Source: Nitrospirota bacterium (lineage in GTDB: Bacteria; Nitrospirota; Thermodesulfovibrionia; Thermodesulfovibrionales; JdFR-86). Taken from it: a stretch of DNA of 64,000 bases. Below, in pieces: positions 31,832 to 40,832 of this stretch; position 1 is the stretch's first letter, and each line of letters starts with the position of its first letter. The DNA is taken from NCBI GenBank assembly GCA_963721805.1, contig CAVRJY010000001.1:480001-544000 (forward strand), read 5' to 3'. Under the pieces are notes generated by a model that saw only the letters and a list, made by a program, of their open reading frames with translations, ran no database searches and was not told where the DNA came from. Made by a program: the position numbers and the translations under genes.

Positions 31832-32316
31832 TGTCTGACTCTCCTAATATGGCGCTCTCAAACACTGAAAACAATGAGCATGAAAATATCTGGACATTTT
31901 CTATAGAGAATCCACATAACCAATTTAGCTTTAAATTTCCAGAGCGAACTTTTAGGACAAAGTATTTCACTGTCTTAAGCAACTTGACGCGCACAGAAGA
32001 CTACTATGTAACCGCTATAAGAAATTTGCTGAAAAAAACAAATTTCCTTGAATTATATCAACAGCTCTTGGAAGATCAGATATCACAAGAAAGTTTCCAT
32101 AAAGAACTCGCGGAATCCTCCAATAAGTATGTTGTTGATATACATCCTCTTGCCAACAAAGAAGATATTAATATAATTATAGGAATTGTCAACAGAATAG
32201 GCTATGAACTCAGAGAGTTTTCTGGGAATGAAATTGATGAGCTTTTTTCAACCAATATTAGTGAAGAGATTGCTGCTATCGACAGCAGTTCGCTGACGAA
32301 AAATCTGTATGGTTAA
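31831..32316 (+). CDS. Hypothetical protein, AT-rich cassette gene 2
   Basis: TAATG translational coupling with gene 1. Confidence 0.75.
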   Translation: MSDSPNMALSNTENNEHENIWTFSIENPHNQFSFKFPERTFRTKYFTVLSNLTRTEDYYVTAIRNLLKKTNFLELYQQLLEDQISQESFHKELAESSNKYVVDIHPLANKEDINIIIGIVNRIGYELREFSGNEIDELFSTNISEEIAAIDSSSLTKNLYG

Positions 32317-32689
32317 GCTAATTGCCCAAGGCGCTTCAATCGAAGGCGAAAGAGTATCAGTATATACTCGCAAACAAATATTCCACTCTCTTGTTCAAAT
32401 AGGAGGTATGACATTATGTAAATACAAATGTTCGACACATGTAAAATCAGAAGTTATAGAGGAACTAATCCCAAAAAGATATAAGATCAAAAAGACCTCC
32501 AATCTGAATGCTGGAGATTTGTTGGAGGCAGATGTTATTGAAGTATATCCCCAATCTATGCTGACGTTCGAAAAAGAAGCAAATTATAGTCATACTCATG
32601 GCATCCAAACAGCTCAATCAAAAGGTTTCACATATGCTGAAATAGCGATCCCTTTTCGGTTTTTGTTAGAAAGAGCTATTGGGAGATAA
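32309..32689 (+). CDS. Hypothetical protein, AT-rich cassette gene 3
   Basis: Overlaps the gene 2 stop by 8 nt. Confidence 0.7.
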   Translation: MVKLIAQGASIEGERVSVYTRKQIFHSLVQIGGMTLCKYKCSTHVKSEVIEELIPKRYKIKKTSNLNAGDLLEADVIEVYPQSMLTFEKEANYSHTHGIQTAQSKGFTYAEIAIPFRFLLERAIGR

Positions 32690-32750
32690 GAAAATGGGAG
32701 AACCGGGACAGCTATACTTTTTACGAATTTCGATGCAGGCGGCCCTCTTC

Positions 32751-33281
32751 ATTAACCACAGTTAATCGGAAGTTAATAGAAAACGCATGACCCTTCATTT
32801 TTCCTATCAACCTTCGGTTTATATATAAACCGTAGGTTATCGCATTTTTTATTTCGTTGTGCTTCAATACTGCATGAGGCTGATATGCTCATATTTGAAG
32901 GTGCTGAAAACGCGGAAGGATGCCGATGGGCGGCGCGAAAAACGTTTCTGAACGCCTAAACACGGAGGTCGCAAAAAAGCGATGAAATCCGCATGGTTAG
33001 AAGCTGTTTTCTTCGTTCATTTGAACGCTCTAAAAAAATACGCGCGGCCGCGCGCGGTAAGTATGTATATAACTAAGGCTACGGATGCAGGTCAAAGAAA
33101 GCCGTTGACCTCGTGGGGCGCGGGGGGCGGGGCCGACTGGCCCCCTTCTTTCCCCCCGAAAGCGCGCCCAAATCGGCTTCAGACAAGGCAGGGCGAGAAG
33201 ACCGCCCGATGGTGTACTGTGACGTACATAGAGGGCGAGTCTTCGAAGCCCAACGCAGTATCAAGCGATTTGGAGCGCTTT
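32751..33281 (+). repeat. Long extension (32751-33100) + nested-hairpin repeat copy 11 (core 33159-33281)
   Basis: TTAACCACAGTTAATCGGAAGTTAATAGAAAACGCA start, palindrome 32809-32838, CGCGCGGCCGCGCGCGG tract, GCCGTTGACC tail, core. Confidence 0.9.
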
Positions 33282-33331
33282 GAAAAAAAGCTTGTTGAGC
33301 GGTGGGGCGTTGTGAGGGTATACTGTTAGTT

Positions 33332-34027
33332 ATGGCTGACAAGGGAAGAATCCTGGTAGTCGAGGACGAACAGAAGATCGCCGACGTTACCAAGGCCTAT
33401 CTCGAGCGCGCCGGCTTCGAGGTCGTGCATGCCGCTACAGGCGCGCGCGCGGTCTCGCTCCTGAAGGAGAAGTTCGACCTCATCTTGCTTGACCTGATGC
33501 TCCCGGACATGGACGGCGAGGAGATATGCCGCCTCGTGCGCGAGCACTCGCAAGTGCCGATCATCATGCTCACGGCCAAGAGCGCCGAGGACGACCGCGT
33601 CAAGGGCCTGGGCATGGGCGCGGACGACTACGTTGTGAAGCCCTTCAGCCCGCGCGAGCTGGTCGCGCGCGTAGAGGCGCACCTGAGGCGCACGAAGAAG
33701 CCTCAGCACACGATGAAGTTCAACGGCGGGGCGCTGGTTATCAACGTCGAGAACCACGAGGTGCTGGTCGACGGCTGCCCGATCACGCTGACCCCGACCG
33801 AGTTCAAGATACTCCAGTGCCTGGCCGACAGGCCGCAGGCCGTCCTGGGGCGGCTTCAGCTCGTGAACCTCGTGCAGGGCTATGACTTCGAGGGCTACGA
33901 GCGCACCATAGACGCGCACGTCAAGAACCTCCGCCACAAGATCGAGGAGGACTCGCGCTCGCCGCGCTTCATCAAGACCGTCTACGGCATGGGCTACAAG
34001 TTCATCGGCACGCGGGATGAGGACTAA
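33332..34027 (+). CDS. OmpR-family response regulator
   Basis: REC (VVEDE, LDLMLP, KPF) + wHTH (RTIDAHVKNLR, TVYGMGY). Confidence 0.95.
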   Translation: MADKGRILVVEDEQKIADVTKAYLERAGFEVVHAATGARAVSLLKEKFDLILLDLMLPDMDGEEICRLVREHSQVPIIMLTAKSAEDDRVKGLGMGADDYVVKPFSPRELVARVEAHLRRTKKPQHTMKFNGGALVINVENHEVLVDGCPITLTPTEFKILQCLADRPQAVLGRLQLVNLVQGYDFEGYERTIDAHVKNLRHKIEEDSRSPRFIKTVYGMGYKFIGTRDED

Positions 34028-35381
34028 GCTTTTCGTAGCCTTCCTGGCCGTCATCCTCATGGCCCTGCTGTCGAACCTCATCTTCCACTACAAGATAATC
34101 GACGACTTCGAGGAATACTCGCGCAGCGTCGTCGAGGACGAGCTCTACCTCGTCCTGGCGGCCGTCGAGGGCTGCCGCAAAGAGGACGGCACGTGGGACC
34201 GCGAGGAGCTGGTCGACTCGGTGCGCTGGGCCGCGATGCTCGGTTTCGGCGTCGAGGTGCTCGACGAGGGCGGCCACGTGATGCTGACCACCAGGGACTC
34301 GCTCCAGGACATCACGCCCGCGCTCTGGCGGAGGGTCAACGCGATAGTTGAGCTCAACTCTCCGGCCGGGGAGTTCGAGGACTACCCGCTTTTCTCCGGC
34401 GGGGTCGAGATCGGGACGCTCAAGATCAGGCCGCTTCGGAAGCACGGGCTTCAAGCCAAGAAGGAAGACACGTTCAAGCGCCGCGAGAACGAGTTTCAGA
34501 ACTTCTCGTTCCTGATCGCGGGGGGCGGTGCGGTATTCCTGGCGCTGATGCTGGTGGCGTACATCACGCGGCCGCTCAGAAGGCTCAGAGAGGCCGCGTC
34601 GCGCGTCGCTTCCGGGGATTTCTCGGTGCGCATCAGGCCTCCGTCGAGCGGGGACGAGATCGAGGAACTCGGCAAGAGCTTCGACCACATGGTCGAGAGC
34701 CTCGAGCGCGAGGAGGCGATCAGGAAGCGGCTCACGTCGAATATCGCGCACGAACTCCGCACGCCGCTTACGGTCATGCGCGCCCAGATCGAGGCGATCT
34801 CGGACGGCGTGATCGAGCCGGACCGCGAGACGATAGATACGCTCTCCGGCGAGGTCCACCGGCTCGTGAGGCTCGTCGAGGGCATCGAGGAGATCACGCG
34901 CGCCGAGGCGAGCATATTCAAGCAGCCCTCGGTCGATTCGGTCAACTTGCGGGGCATGCTCGAGGGCATCGCCCAGTCTCTGGGCCTGATCTTCGAGCGC
35001 AAGGGCCTGAGCCTGGAGCTTGCGGGCCCGGCGCTCGTCGTGCGCACCGATGCCGACAAGCTCGAGATAATCCTCCGGAACCTCCTTAACAACGCAGCCC
35101 AGCACACCGCGGCCGGAGGCGTCTCGGTCTCGTGGGGCGCGGAGTCCGGGGGCTTCTCCATCGAGGTCAGGGACACCGGCCCCGGTATCCCGGCCGAGGA
35201 GATCCCGCTGCTGTTCAAGCGCTTCTACAAGGGCTCGGCCTCGAGCGGCACCGGCGTCGGGCTCTCGATAGTGCGCGAGCTGCTCGATATCCTCGGCGGC
35301 ACCGTTACGGTCATGAGCAAGCCCGGCGAGGGCGCGGTTTTTCGCGTGAGCATACCCGAGGCCGGCTCCAGGCGCAGGTAG
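34017..35381 (+). CDS. HAMP sensor histidine kinase (BaeS-like)
   Basis: AHELRTPL, NLLNNA, DTGPGI, GTGVGL. Confidence 0.95.
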   Translation: MRTKLFVAFLAVILMALLSNLIFHYKIIDDFEEYSRSVVEDELYLVLAAVEGCRKEDGTWDREELVDSVRWAAMLGFGVEVLDEGGHVMLTTRDSLQDITPALWRRVNAIVELNSPAGEFEDYPLFSGGVEIGTLKIRPLRKHGLQAKKEDTFKRRENEFQNFSFLIAGGGAVFLALMLVAYITRPLRRLREAASRVASGDFSVRIRPPSSGDEIEELGKSFDHMVESLEREEAIRKRLTSNIAHELRTPLTVMRAQIEAISDGVIEPDRETIDTLSGEVHRLVRLVEGIEEITRAEASIFKQPSVDSVNLRGMLEGIAQSLGLIFERKGLSLELAGPALVVRTDADKLEIILRNLLNNAAQHTAAGGVSVSWGAESGGFSIEVRDTGPGIPAEEIPLLFKRFYKGSASSGTGVGLSIVRELLDILGGTVTVMSKPGEGAVFRVSIPEAGSRRR

Positions 35382-35547
35382 TTGGTGTCTGTCTCAGGGG
35401 CGGCCATATCGACCGACGGTTTTTTGGCGCTTGTGTCATGACAGCATGCTCCGGCGGGATATCAGAAGCTGAAAAAGCATTTAATTACGGCCTGTTACGT
35501 CTGGGCATCCATCTTGCATCACTGGGGTTGCAAGGAGGGATCGAGAT

Positions 35548-35745
35548 ATGTCCATTGACAGAGTCGGCGCATCGGCCGCGCGCGAGGAGCTGTTGGCGAT
35601 GATAAGGTCTTCGCGTCAGGCGGCACCGGCCGCCCCGGCCCGGAAGCCTCAGCCAGCGGCCCTCACAAGCCCTGCTCCAGCGCTGGCCGAACGCCCGGTG
35701 GCAGAGGGCCGCATGCCGGTCAGGCGCATCAGCATCTACGTCTGA
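35548..35745 (+). CDS. Small hypothetical protein
   Basis: SD AAGGAGG upstream; Ala/Pro-rich. Confidence 0.55.
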   Translation: MSIDRVGASAAREELLAMIRSSRQAAPAAPARKPQPAALTSPAPALAERPVAEGRMPVRRISIYV

Positions 35746-35747
35746 AG

Positions 35748-36122
35748 CTATGGGATCGGGTTGCCGCCGATGGTCTGGGTTAGGGCCTCGATGAGCTGCG
35801 GCGTTTCGAAGGGCTTGATCAGCAGGCCGCTCGATGCGATGCTTGAGGCCTCGCGCATGGCGTAAGCATCCATCGTGTCCGCTATCAGGACGACTGGCAC
35901 GCTGTGGGTTTCGGTGAGGCTCCTGGCGAGGCTCAGTTTGTTGCGGTCAAACGATATGTCCAGCACCATGGCGTCCGGACGCGTCTGCTCCAGGAGGGCC
36001 GCCGCGTCCTGGCGGTTCGCGGCTATGCCGACCACGTCATAGCCGGCGCGCTGAAGGGCGCTCTGTATGTCCATCGCGATGATGGACTGGTCTTCGATTA
36101 TGAGAACCTTTACCGGCGCCAT
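35748..36122 (-). CDS. Stand-alone response regulator receiver
   Basis: IIEDQ, VLDI, IKPF. Confidence 0.85.
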   Translation of the reverse strand: MAPVKVLIIEDQSIIAMDIQSALQRAGYDVVGIAANRQDAAALLEQTRPDAMVLDISFDRNKLSLARSLTETHSVPVVLIADTMDAYAMREASSIASSGLLIKPFETPQLIEALTQTIGGNPIP

Positions 36123-36461
36123 TGCATTGCTCCCTCCCTGCCTACGCTTAGATGTTAAGTGAATGCAAGCAGGAAGGCAACTAGGTAATTATACTTACAT
36201 AGACACAACCGGCTATAGTAAAGCATCGGCCTAAAATTCATATTATGGTTGTATGATATAATGAATTAGTTATAAATAACATAAGCATTATTGGTGTTGG
36301 CGTAGATGAATTTTTTGAGTTAGCCTGCAAGCATCAGTGTGCGGCGCGCTCTGGATGTCGAACCTATGCTGTGTGTTAAATTATCGGATCGGTTCAATGC
36401 TATCATTGGGGGAGATCAATGAAAACAGTAATCTGTCGCGGAGGTCTGTGCTGTCTAATGG

Positions 36462-37577
36462 ATGTGTTTAAATGCGCTTGTACTAGGGGTGCGGCGCATG
36501 TCTGAGGGCAAGGGACGCAACAACCTGCGGAAACTCGGCCGCGAGATCAAGCGGCGCAGCATCTGCCTCATGGACCGCGAGTCCTTCACCGAATCCATCA
36601 TGCGCCACTTGAAGACCTCGCTCGGGTGCGCCGTTACGGCCGTGGTCCATGCCTCCGATACGGGGCTCGACCTCTGCGGCGGGATCCTCCTCGGTTTTTC
36701 GCCCGAGCGCGTCAACGCTTTTTTCAACAACGACCACGGTAAGCTCGCGGTCTATAAGGACCTTTTTGACGGGGCCAGGCGACACGGCTACCACTGCATG
36801 TTTTTCAACGACGCCGAAAAGAACGCCAAGCCCATATTTGACGAACTCTACAAGCCCTTCGGCCTGACCTGCGGGGCGAAGATCGTCTTCAGCGATGCCG
36901 CCGGCTCGGTGATCGGGGCATATACCCTCAGCAGGGAGACGGGCCCCGATTTCAGCGATGCGGAAAAGGAGCTCATCCAGGACATTGCGCCTTACGTGTT
37001 TTTCGCGTTCAGGCGCTACCGCTGGCTGGTCGCGCTCGATTTTTTCGGCGTGATCCGCCACGACGAGCTGATGTACGGTATGCTTATCACCGACGACTCC
37101 GGACGCGTAACATACCAAAACGATGCCGCGAGGTTTCTGCTTAAATCCAAGGAGGGCGATACGGTCCCGATGCCGCTGCTGGGGGTGTCAGGCAGGCTTG
37201 AGGCGGCCTCGAACTCCGCCGATAAGCATACGTTTAACTTCAGGGAACTCGAGGCCTACAAGCCCCCTATCGGAGGCGTTACCGCCTACAGGTTCGATGA
37301 GGCCCATGGCAACGGCCGCCTCCCTGTCAGCGGCTCGGGCTGGGTGTACCTGCTGAACCCCTGCCACAAGGACGAGCGGGAGAAGTCCCTATTGACGAAA
37401 CGCGAACTGGAGGTCATAAGGTGCATAGGCCGCGGCCTGCAGGACAAGGAGATCGCGCTTGCGCTTAACATCTCCGAGAAGACCGTGCAGGCCTTCGTGC
37501 AGAAGATATACAAGAAGCTCAACACCGAAAACCGGACCGAGGCGGCCATGAAGGCCATACGCCTCGGGCTCCAGTAA
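36462..37577 (+). CDS. LuxR-family transcriptional regulator with N-terminal sensory region (start uncertain)
   Basis: LTKRELEV..G..DKEIA..LNISEKTV..IYKKL. Confidence 0.88.
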   Translation: MCLNALVLGVRRMSEGKGRNNLRKLGREIKRRSICLMDRESFTESIMRHLKTSLGCAVTAVVHASDTGLDLCGGILLGFSPERVNAFFNNDHGKLAVYKDLFDGARRHGYHCMFFNDAEKNAKPIFDELYKPFGLTCGAKIVFSDAAGSVIGAYTLSRETGPDFSDAEKELIQDIAPYVFFAFRRYRWLVALDFFGVIRHDELMYGMLITDDSGRVTYQNDAARFLLKSKEGDTVPMPLLGVSGRLEAASNSADKHTFNFRELEAYKPPIGGVTAYRFDEAHGNGRLPVSGSGWVYLLNPCHKDEREKSLLTKRELEVIRCIGRGLQDKEIALALNISEKTVQAFVQKIYKKLNTENRTEAAMKAIRLGLQ

Positions 37578-37583
37578 CGCGCG

Positions 37584-38921
37584 CTAAGATATCGACTCGA
37601 TGACGGCCGGGCGCGGCGGCTTCTCGCGCTCTCCGATCTCGATGCCCGAGACGAAGGCCTCCTCGGCCTCCGCTAAGGCCGCGCCGTCGTTGTAGTGCAG
37701 TATCGCCAGCGGCTCGCCCTCGCGCACCGTCTCTCCGACCTTGCGGTTTATCACGATGCCGGCCGCCAGGTCTATCTCGTCTTCGGCCCTCATGCGGCCG
37801 GCCCCCAGCAGCCTTGCGGCCGTGCCCACGGCCTCGGCGTCCAGCGCCCTGAGTATGCCGTCCCTCGGCGCGGGGACGACCTTCGTGAAGGCCGCGCCCG
37901 GGAGCGCCGAGCGCCCCATCACCGCGTCCACATCTCCGCCCTGCGCGTCGACCATCTCCAGGAACTTCTTAAGCGCGTCGCCTTTTTCTATGAATTCCAT
38001 CGCCTCGTGCTTGTAGCCTCTGGTCGTGAAATCCGTGAGCCTCGCGGTGGGGCACTCCTCCGTGATCGCGTCGGAGAGGCTTAGCATCGAGGCCGCGAGG
38101 ATCAGCGTGACCTCCATCAGGTCCGGTGCGCCCTTGCCCTTAAGCGCGCTTATGGCCTCCTTGATCTCGAGCGAGTTGCCGACCGTGCGCCCCAGCGGCT
38201 GGTCCATGTCCGTTATCACCGCGACCGTTCGCACGCCCATCGCGTTGCCGATCTTGACCATCGTGTGGGCGAGGGAGCGGGCCGATTGCAGGTCCTTCGT
38301 AAACGCCCCGGAGCCGACCTTGACGTCCAGCACGAGGCCTCTCAAGCCCTCCGAGAGCTTCTTGGACATGATGCTGGACGCTATGAGCGGGATCGACTCC
38401 ACCGTGGCGGTCACGTCCCTGAGGCGGTAGAGCACGCGGTCGGCCGGGGCTATCTCCGGGCCCTGCTCGGCTATCGCCACCCCTATATCGCCCACTATGG
38501 CCGAGAACTCATCCGCGCTAAGGTCGGTCCTGAAGCCGGGGATCGCGTGCAGCTTGTCGATAGTCCCGCCGGTATGCCCGAGCCCGCGCCCGGCTATCAT
38601 CGGCACCTTCGTGCCCATCGCGGCCATCAGCGGGGCGAGTATTATGCTCGTCTTGTCACCGACGCCGCCGGTCGAGTGCTTGTCCACTATCGGCGTTGCG
38701 GCGTCGCCGAATTCCAGCGTCCGCCCGGAGCGCACCATCGCCTCTGTCATCGCGACCGTCTCGGGGTCGGTCATGCCGCGCAGGAATACGGCCATCAGGA
38801 ACGCCGAGGCCTGGTAGTCCGGCACCAGGCCCGTGGCGATGCCGCCTATGATGAAGGCTATCTCCTCATGGGAGAGTTCGCCGCCGTCGCGTTTCTTCTT
38901 TATGATGTCATAGGTATGCAT
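37584..38921 (-). CDS. pdp: Pyrimidine-nucleoside (thymidine) phosphorylase
   Basis: DKHSTGGVGDK, GRGLGHTGGT, SIMSKK. Confidence 0.95.
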   Translation of the reverse strand: MHTYDIIKKKRDGGELSHEEIAFIIGGIATGLVPDYQASAFLMAVFLRGMTDPETVAMTEAMVRSGRTLEFGDAATPIVDKHSTGGVGDKTSIILAPLMAAMGTKVPMIAGRGLGHTGGTIDKLHAIPGFRTDLSADEFSAIVGDIGVAIAEQGPEIAPADRVLYRLRDVTATVESIPLIASSIMSKKLSEGLRGLVLDVKVGSGAFTKDLQSARSLAHTMVKIGNAMGVRTVAVITDMDQPLGRTVGNSLEIKEAISALKGKGAPDLMEVTLILAASMLSLSDAITEECPTARLTDFTTRGYKHEAMEFIEKGDALKKFLEMVDAQGGDVDAVMGRSALPGAAFTKVVPAPRDGILRALDAEAVGTAARLLGAGRMRAEDEIDLAAGIVINRKVGETVREGEPLAILHYNDGAALAEAEEAFVSGIEIGEREKPPRPAVIESIS

Positions 38922-39044
38922 AGTCCCTCCTGTAGCTGAGCGTATTCTTTTTTATTGATTAATGGCTGAAAGTATAGTATATTTACACGAATAGTATACA
39001 TGTGGCGTTATGCATATTAAAACAGGGGGTGAAAGGGGAATCCT

Positions 39045-39326
39045 ATGGGAGAAGAAAAACTCTCGAAAGAGGAGTTCATCAGACAGGCTATCGTAGGGCT
39101 CAGGAAAGAGGGGTACAAGGGTATCCATACCGTCTATTCCGGCTTTAACGAGGCCTTCAAAGCCTATTATCCCGGCGAGGATCCGATAGTGAACACGACC
39201 AAGCTCGCATCCGAGGGCAAGATCGTCATCCGTCCCGTCAGGGGCGGCGTGATGCTATACCTGCCCGAGGACGCCCCCGCTCAGGGCCGCACGGCCGAGG
39301 AGGCTCTCAAAAAAATGGGCCTATGA
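39045..39326 (+). CDS. Hypothetical protein
   Basis: SD present; ATGA overlap with nadD. Confidence 0.75.
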   Translation: MGEEKLSKEEFIRQAIVGLRKEGYKGIHTVYSGFNEAFKAYYPGEDPIVNTTKLASEGKIVIRPVRGGVMLYLPEDAPAQGRTAEEALKKMGL

Positions 39327-40030
39327 AAATAGGCATCCTCGGCGGGACCTTCAACCCGGTCCATTACGGCCACCTGAGGGCCGCCGAAGAAGTACGGGAG
39401 CGGCTTGCCCTGGAGCGGGTGCTGTTCGTGCCCGCCGGCACGCCTCCCCTTAAATCCGGCGAACTCGCTGATGCCCGCCACCGTCTCGAGATGGTAACTC
39501 TCGCGGTGGCGGGCAATCCTTTTTTCGAGGTCTCCGGCGTCGAGTGCAACAGGCCCGGGACCTCCTATCTCATCGAGACGCTCGAGACCATCTCGGCCGG
39601 ACACCCGGACTGGGAGCTGTATTTCATCATCGGCTCCGAGGCGTTCGCCGAGCTCCCGAGGTGGCGCGAGCCCAGGCGGCTCCTGAATATGGCGCGCTTC
39701 GTCGTGCTCGGCCGCCCGCCGCTCGGGTTCGAGGCCGCGCTTAAGGGCTCGCCGTACATCGGCGACGCGCACGCGCTCCGGGCGCTTGACCGGGGTGAGA
39801 CCGGGGAGGCCGAGGTCAGCGTTATGGGCGGGGGCTCGGTCATAATGCTCCGGATGGATGCCCTGCCGGTCTCGTCCACCGCGATACGCTCGGCCCTCAG
39901 GGAGGGCAGGAGCATAAGGTATCTGTTGCCACGCGACGTTGAGTTATATATAATAACTGAGAAGCTTTATTTGCCTATGCTCAGGGAGGACCAGACGACA
40001 AGGCGCGAAGGGAAGACAGATTGCCGTTAA
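39323..40030 (+). CDS. nadD: Nicotinate-nucleotide adenylyltransferase
   Basis: GGTFNPVHYGH, SSTAIR. Confidence 0.95.
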   Translation: MKIGILGGTFNPVHYGHLRAAEEVRERLALERVLFVPAGTPPLKSGELADARHRLEMVTLAVAGNPFFEVSGVECNRPGTSYLIETLETISAGHPDWELYFIIGSEAFAELPRWREPRRLLNMARFVVLGRPPLGFEAALKGSPYIGDAHALRALDRGETGEAEVSVMGGGSVIMLRMDALPVSSTAIRSALREGRSIRYLLPRDVELYIITEKLYLPMLREDQTTRREGKTDCR

Positions 40031-40446
40031 AACGCAAGGACGCAAGCAGGCGGCGCGCGATTGAAATTGCCCGTATAGCCCTGGATAAGAAGGCCTCATC
40101 GGTAGTCGTTCTAGATATGTCCGGTCTCGTGTATTTCACCGATTACTTCGTGATCTGCTCGGCCGATAACGTCACCCACGCCGGGGCGCTCGTGGACCAC
40201 ATCGAGCAGGGCATGAAGACCGCCCACAGGCTCAGGCCGATAGGGATCGAAGGCAGGCAGCACGCCCACTGGGTGCTGATCGATTACGGCGACGTCGTCG
40301 TGCATGTGTTTGACAGGGAAACCCGCGAGCACTACGAGCTCGAGAAGCTCTGGCTCGACGCCCCGGAGGTCGCGGTTGAGGAAGCTAAGGATAAGGCTGC
40401 TGTGGGTGGGAAAGACACGGGAGGCGTATCTGAAAAAAGGCATTGA
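40021..40446 (+). CDS. rsfS: Ribosome silencing factor
   Basis: DYFVICS, WVLIDYGDVVVHVF, YELEKLW. Confidence 0.95.
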   Translation: MPLKRKDASRRRAIEIARIALDKKASSVVVLDMSGLVYFTDYFVICSADNVTHAGALVDHIEQGMKTAHRLRPIGIEGRQHAHWVLIDYGDVVVHVFDRETREHYELEKLWLDAPEVAVEEAKDKAAVGGKDTGGVSEKRH

Positions 40447-40831
40447 CGACTACCTCGAGAGGCTCGGCCCGTACGCCGAGGTCGAGGTCGTGGAGATAAG
40501 GGAAGAGAAGGGCGCAAGCGGCGGGCTGAGCGCCGAGGGCCTTGCGCGCGAGGGCAGGCGTATTGCCGGGAAGTCCGGCGGCTACGTCCTGCTCGACGAG
40601 CGGGGCCGCCAGCTGAGCTCCCCCGAGCTCGCCTCATACCTGGGCAAGCACCCCTCGGTGGACTTCGTCCTGGGAGGGGCCTACGGCGTGAGCGACGAGG
40701 TGCGCAAGGGCGCTGGCGATACGATCTCTCTCTCGCAAATGACGCTCACCCACGAGATGGCCCGGCTGCTGTTTACGGAGCAGCTCTACAGGGCATGCAC
40801 CATAATCCGCGGCATGAGGTATCATCACTGA
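40376..40831 (+). CDS. rlmH: 23S rRNA m3-pseudouridine1915 methyltransferase
   Basis: VGKT, LDERG, GGAYG, MTLTHEMARL, EQLYRA, YHH; TTG start after GGAGGT. Confidence 0.92.
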   Translation: MRKLRIRLLWVGKTREAYLKKGIDDYLERLGPYAEVEVVEIREEKGASGGLSAEGLAREGRRIAGKSGGYVLLDERGRQLSSPELASYLGKHPSVDFVLGGAYGVSDEVRKGAGDTISLSQMTLTHEMARLLFTEQLYRACTIIRGMRYHH

Positions 40832-40832
40832 G

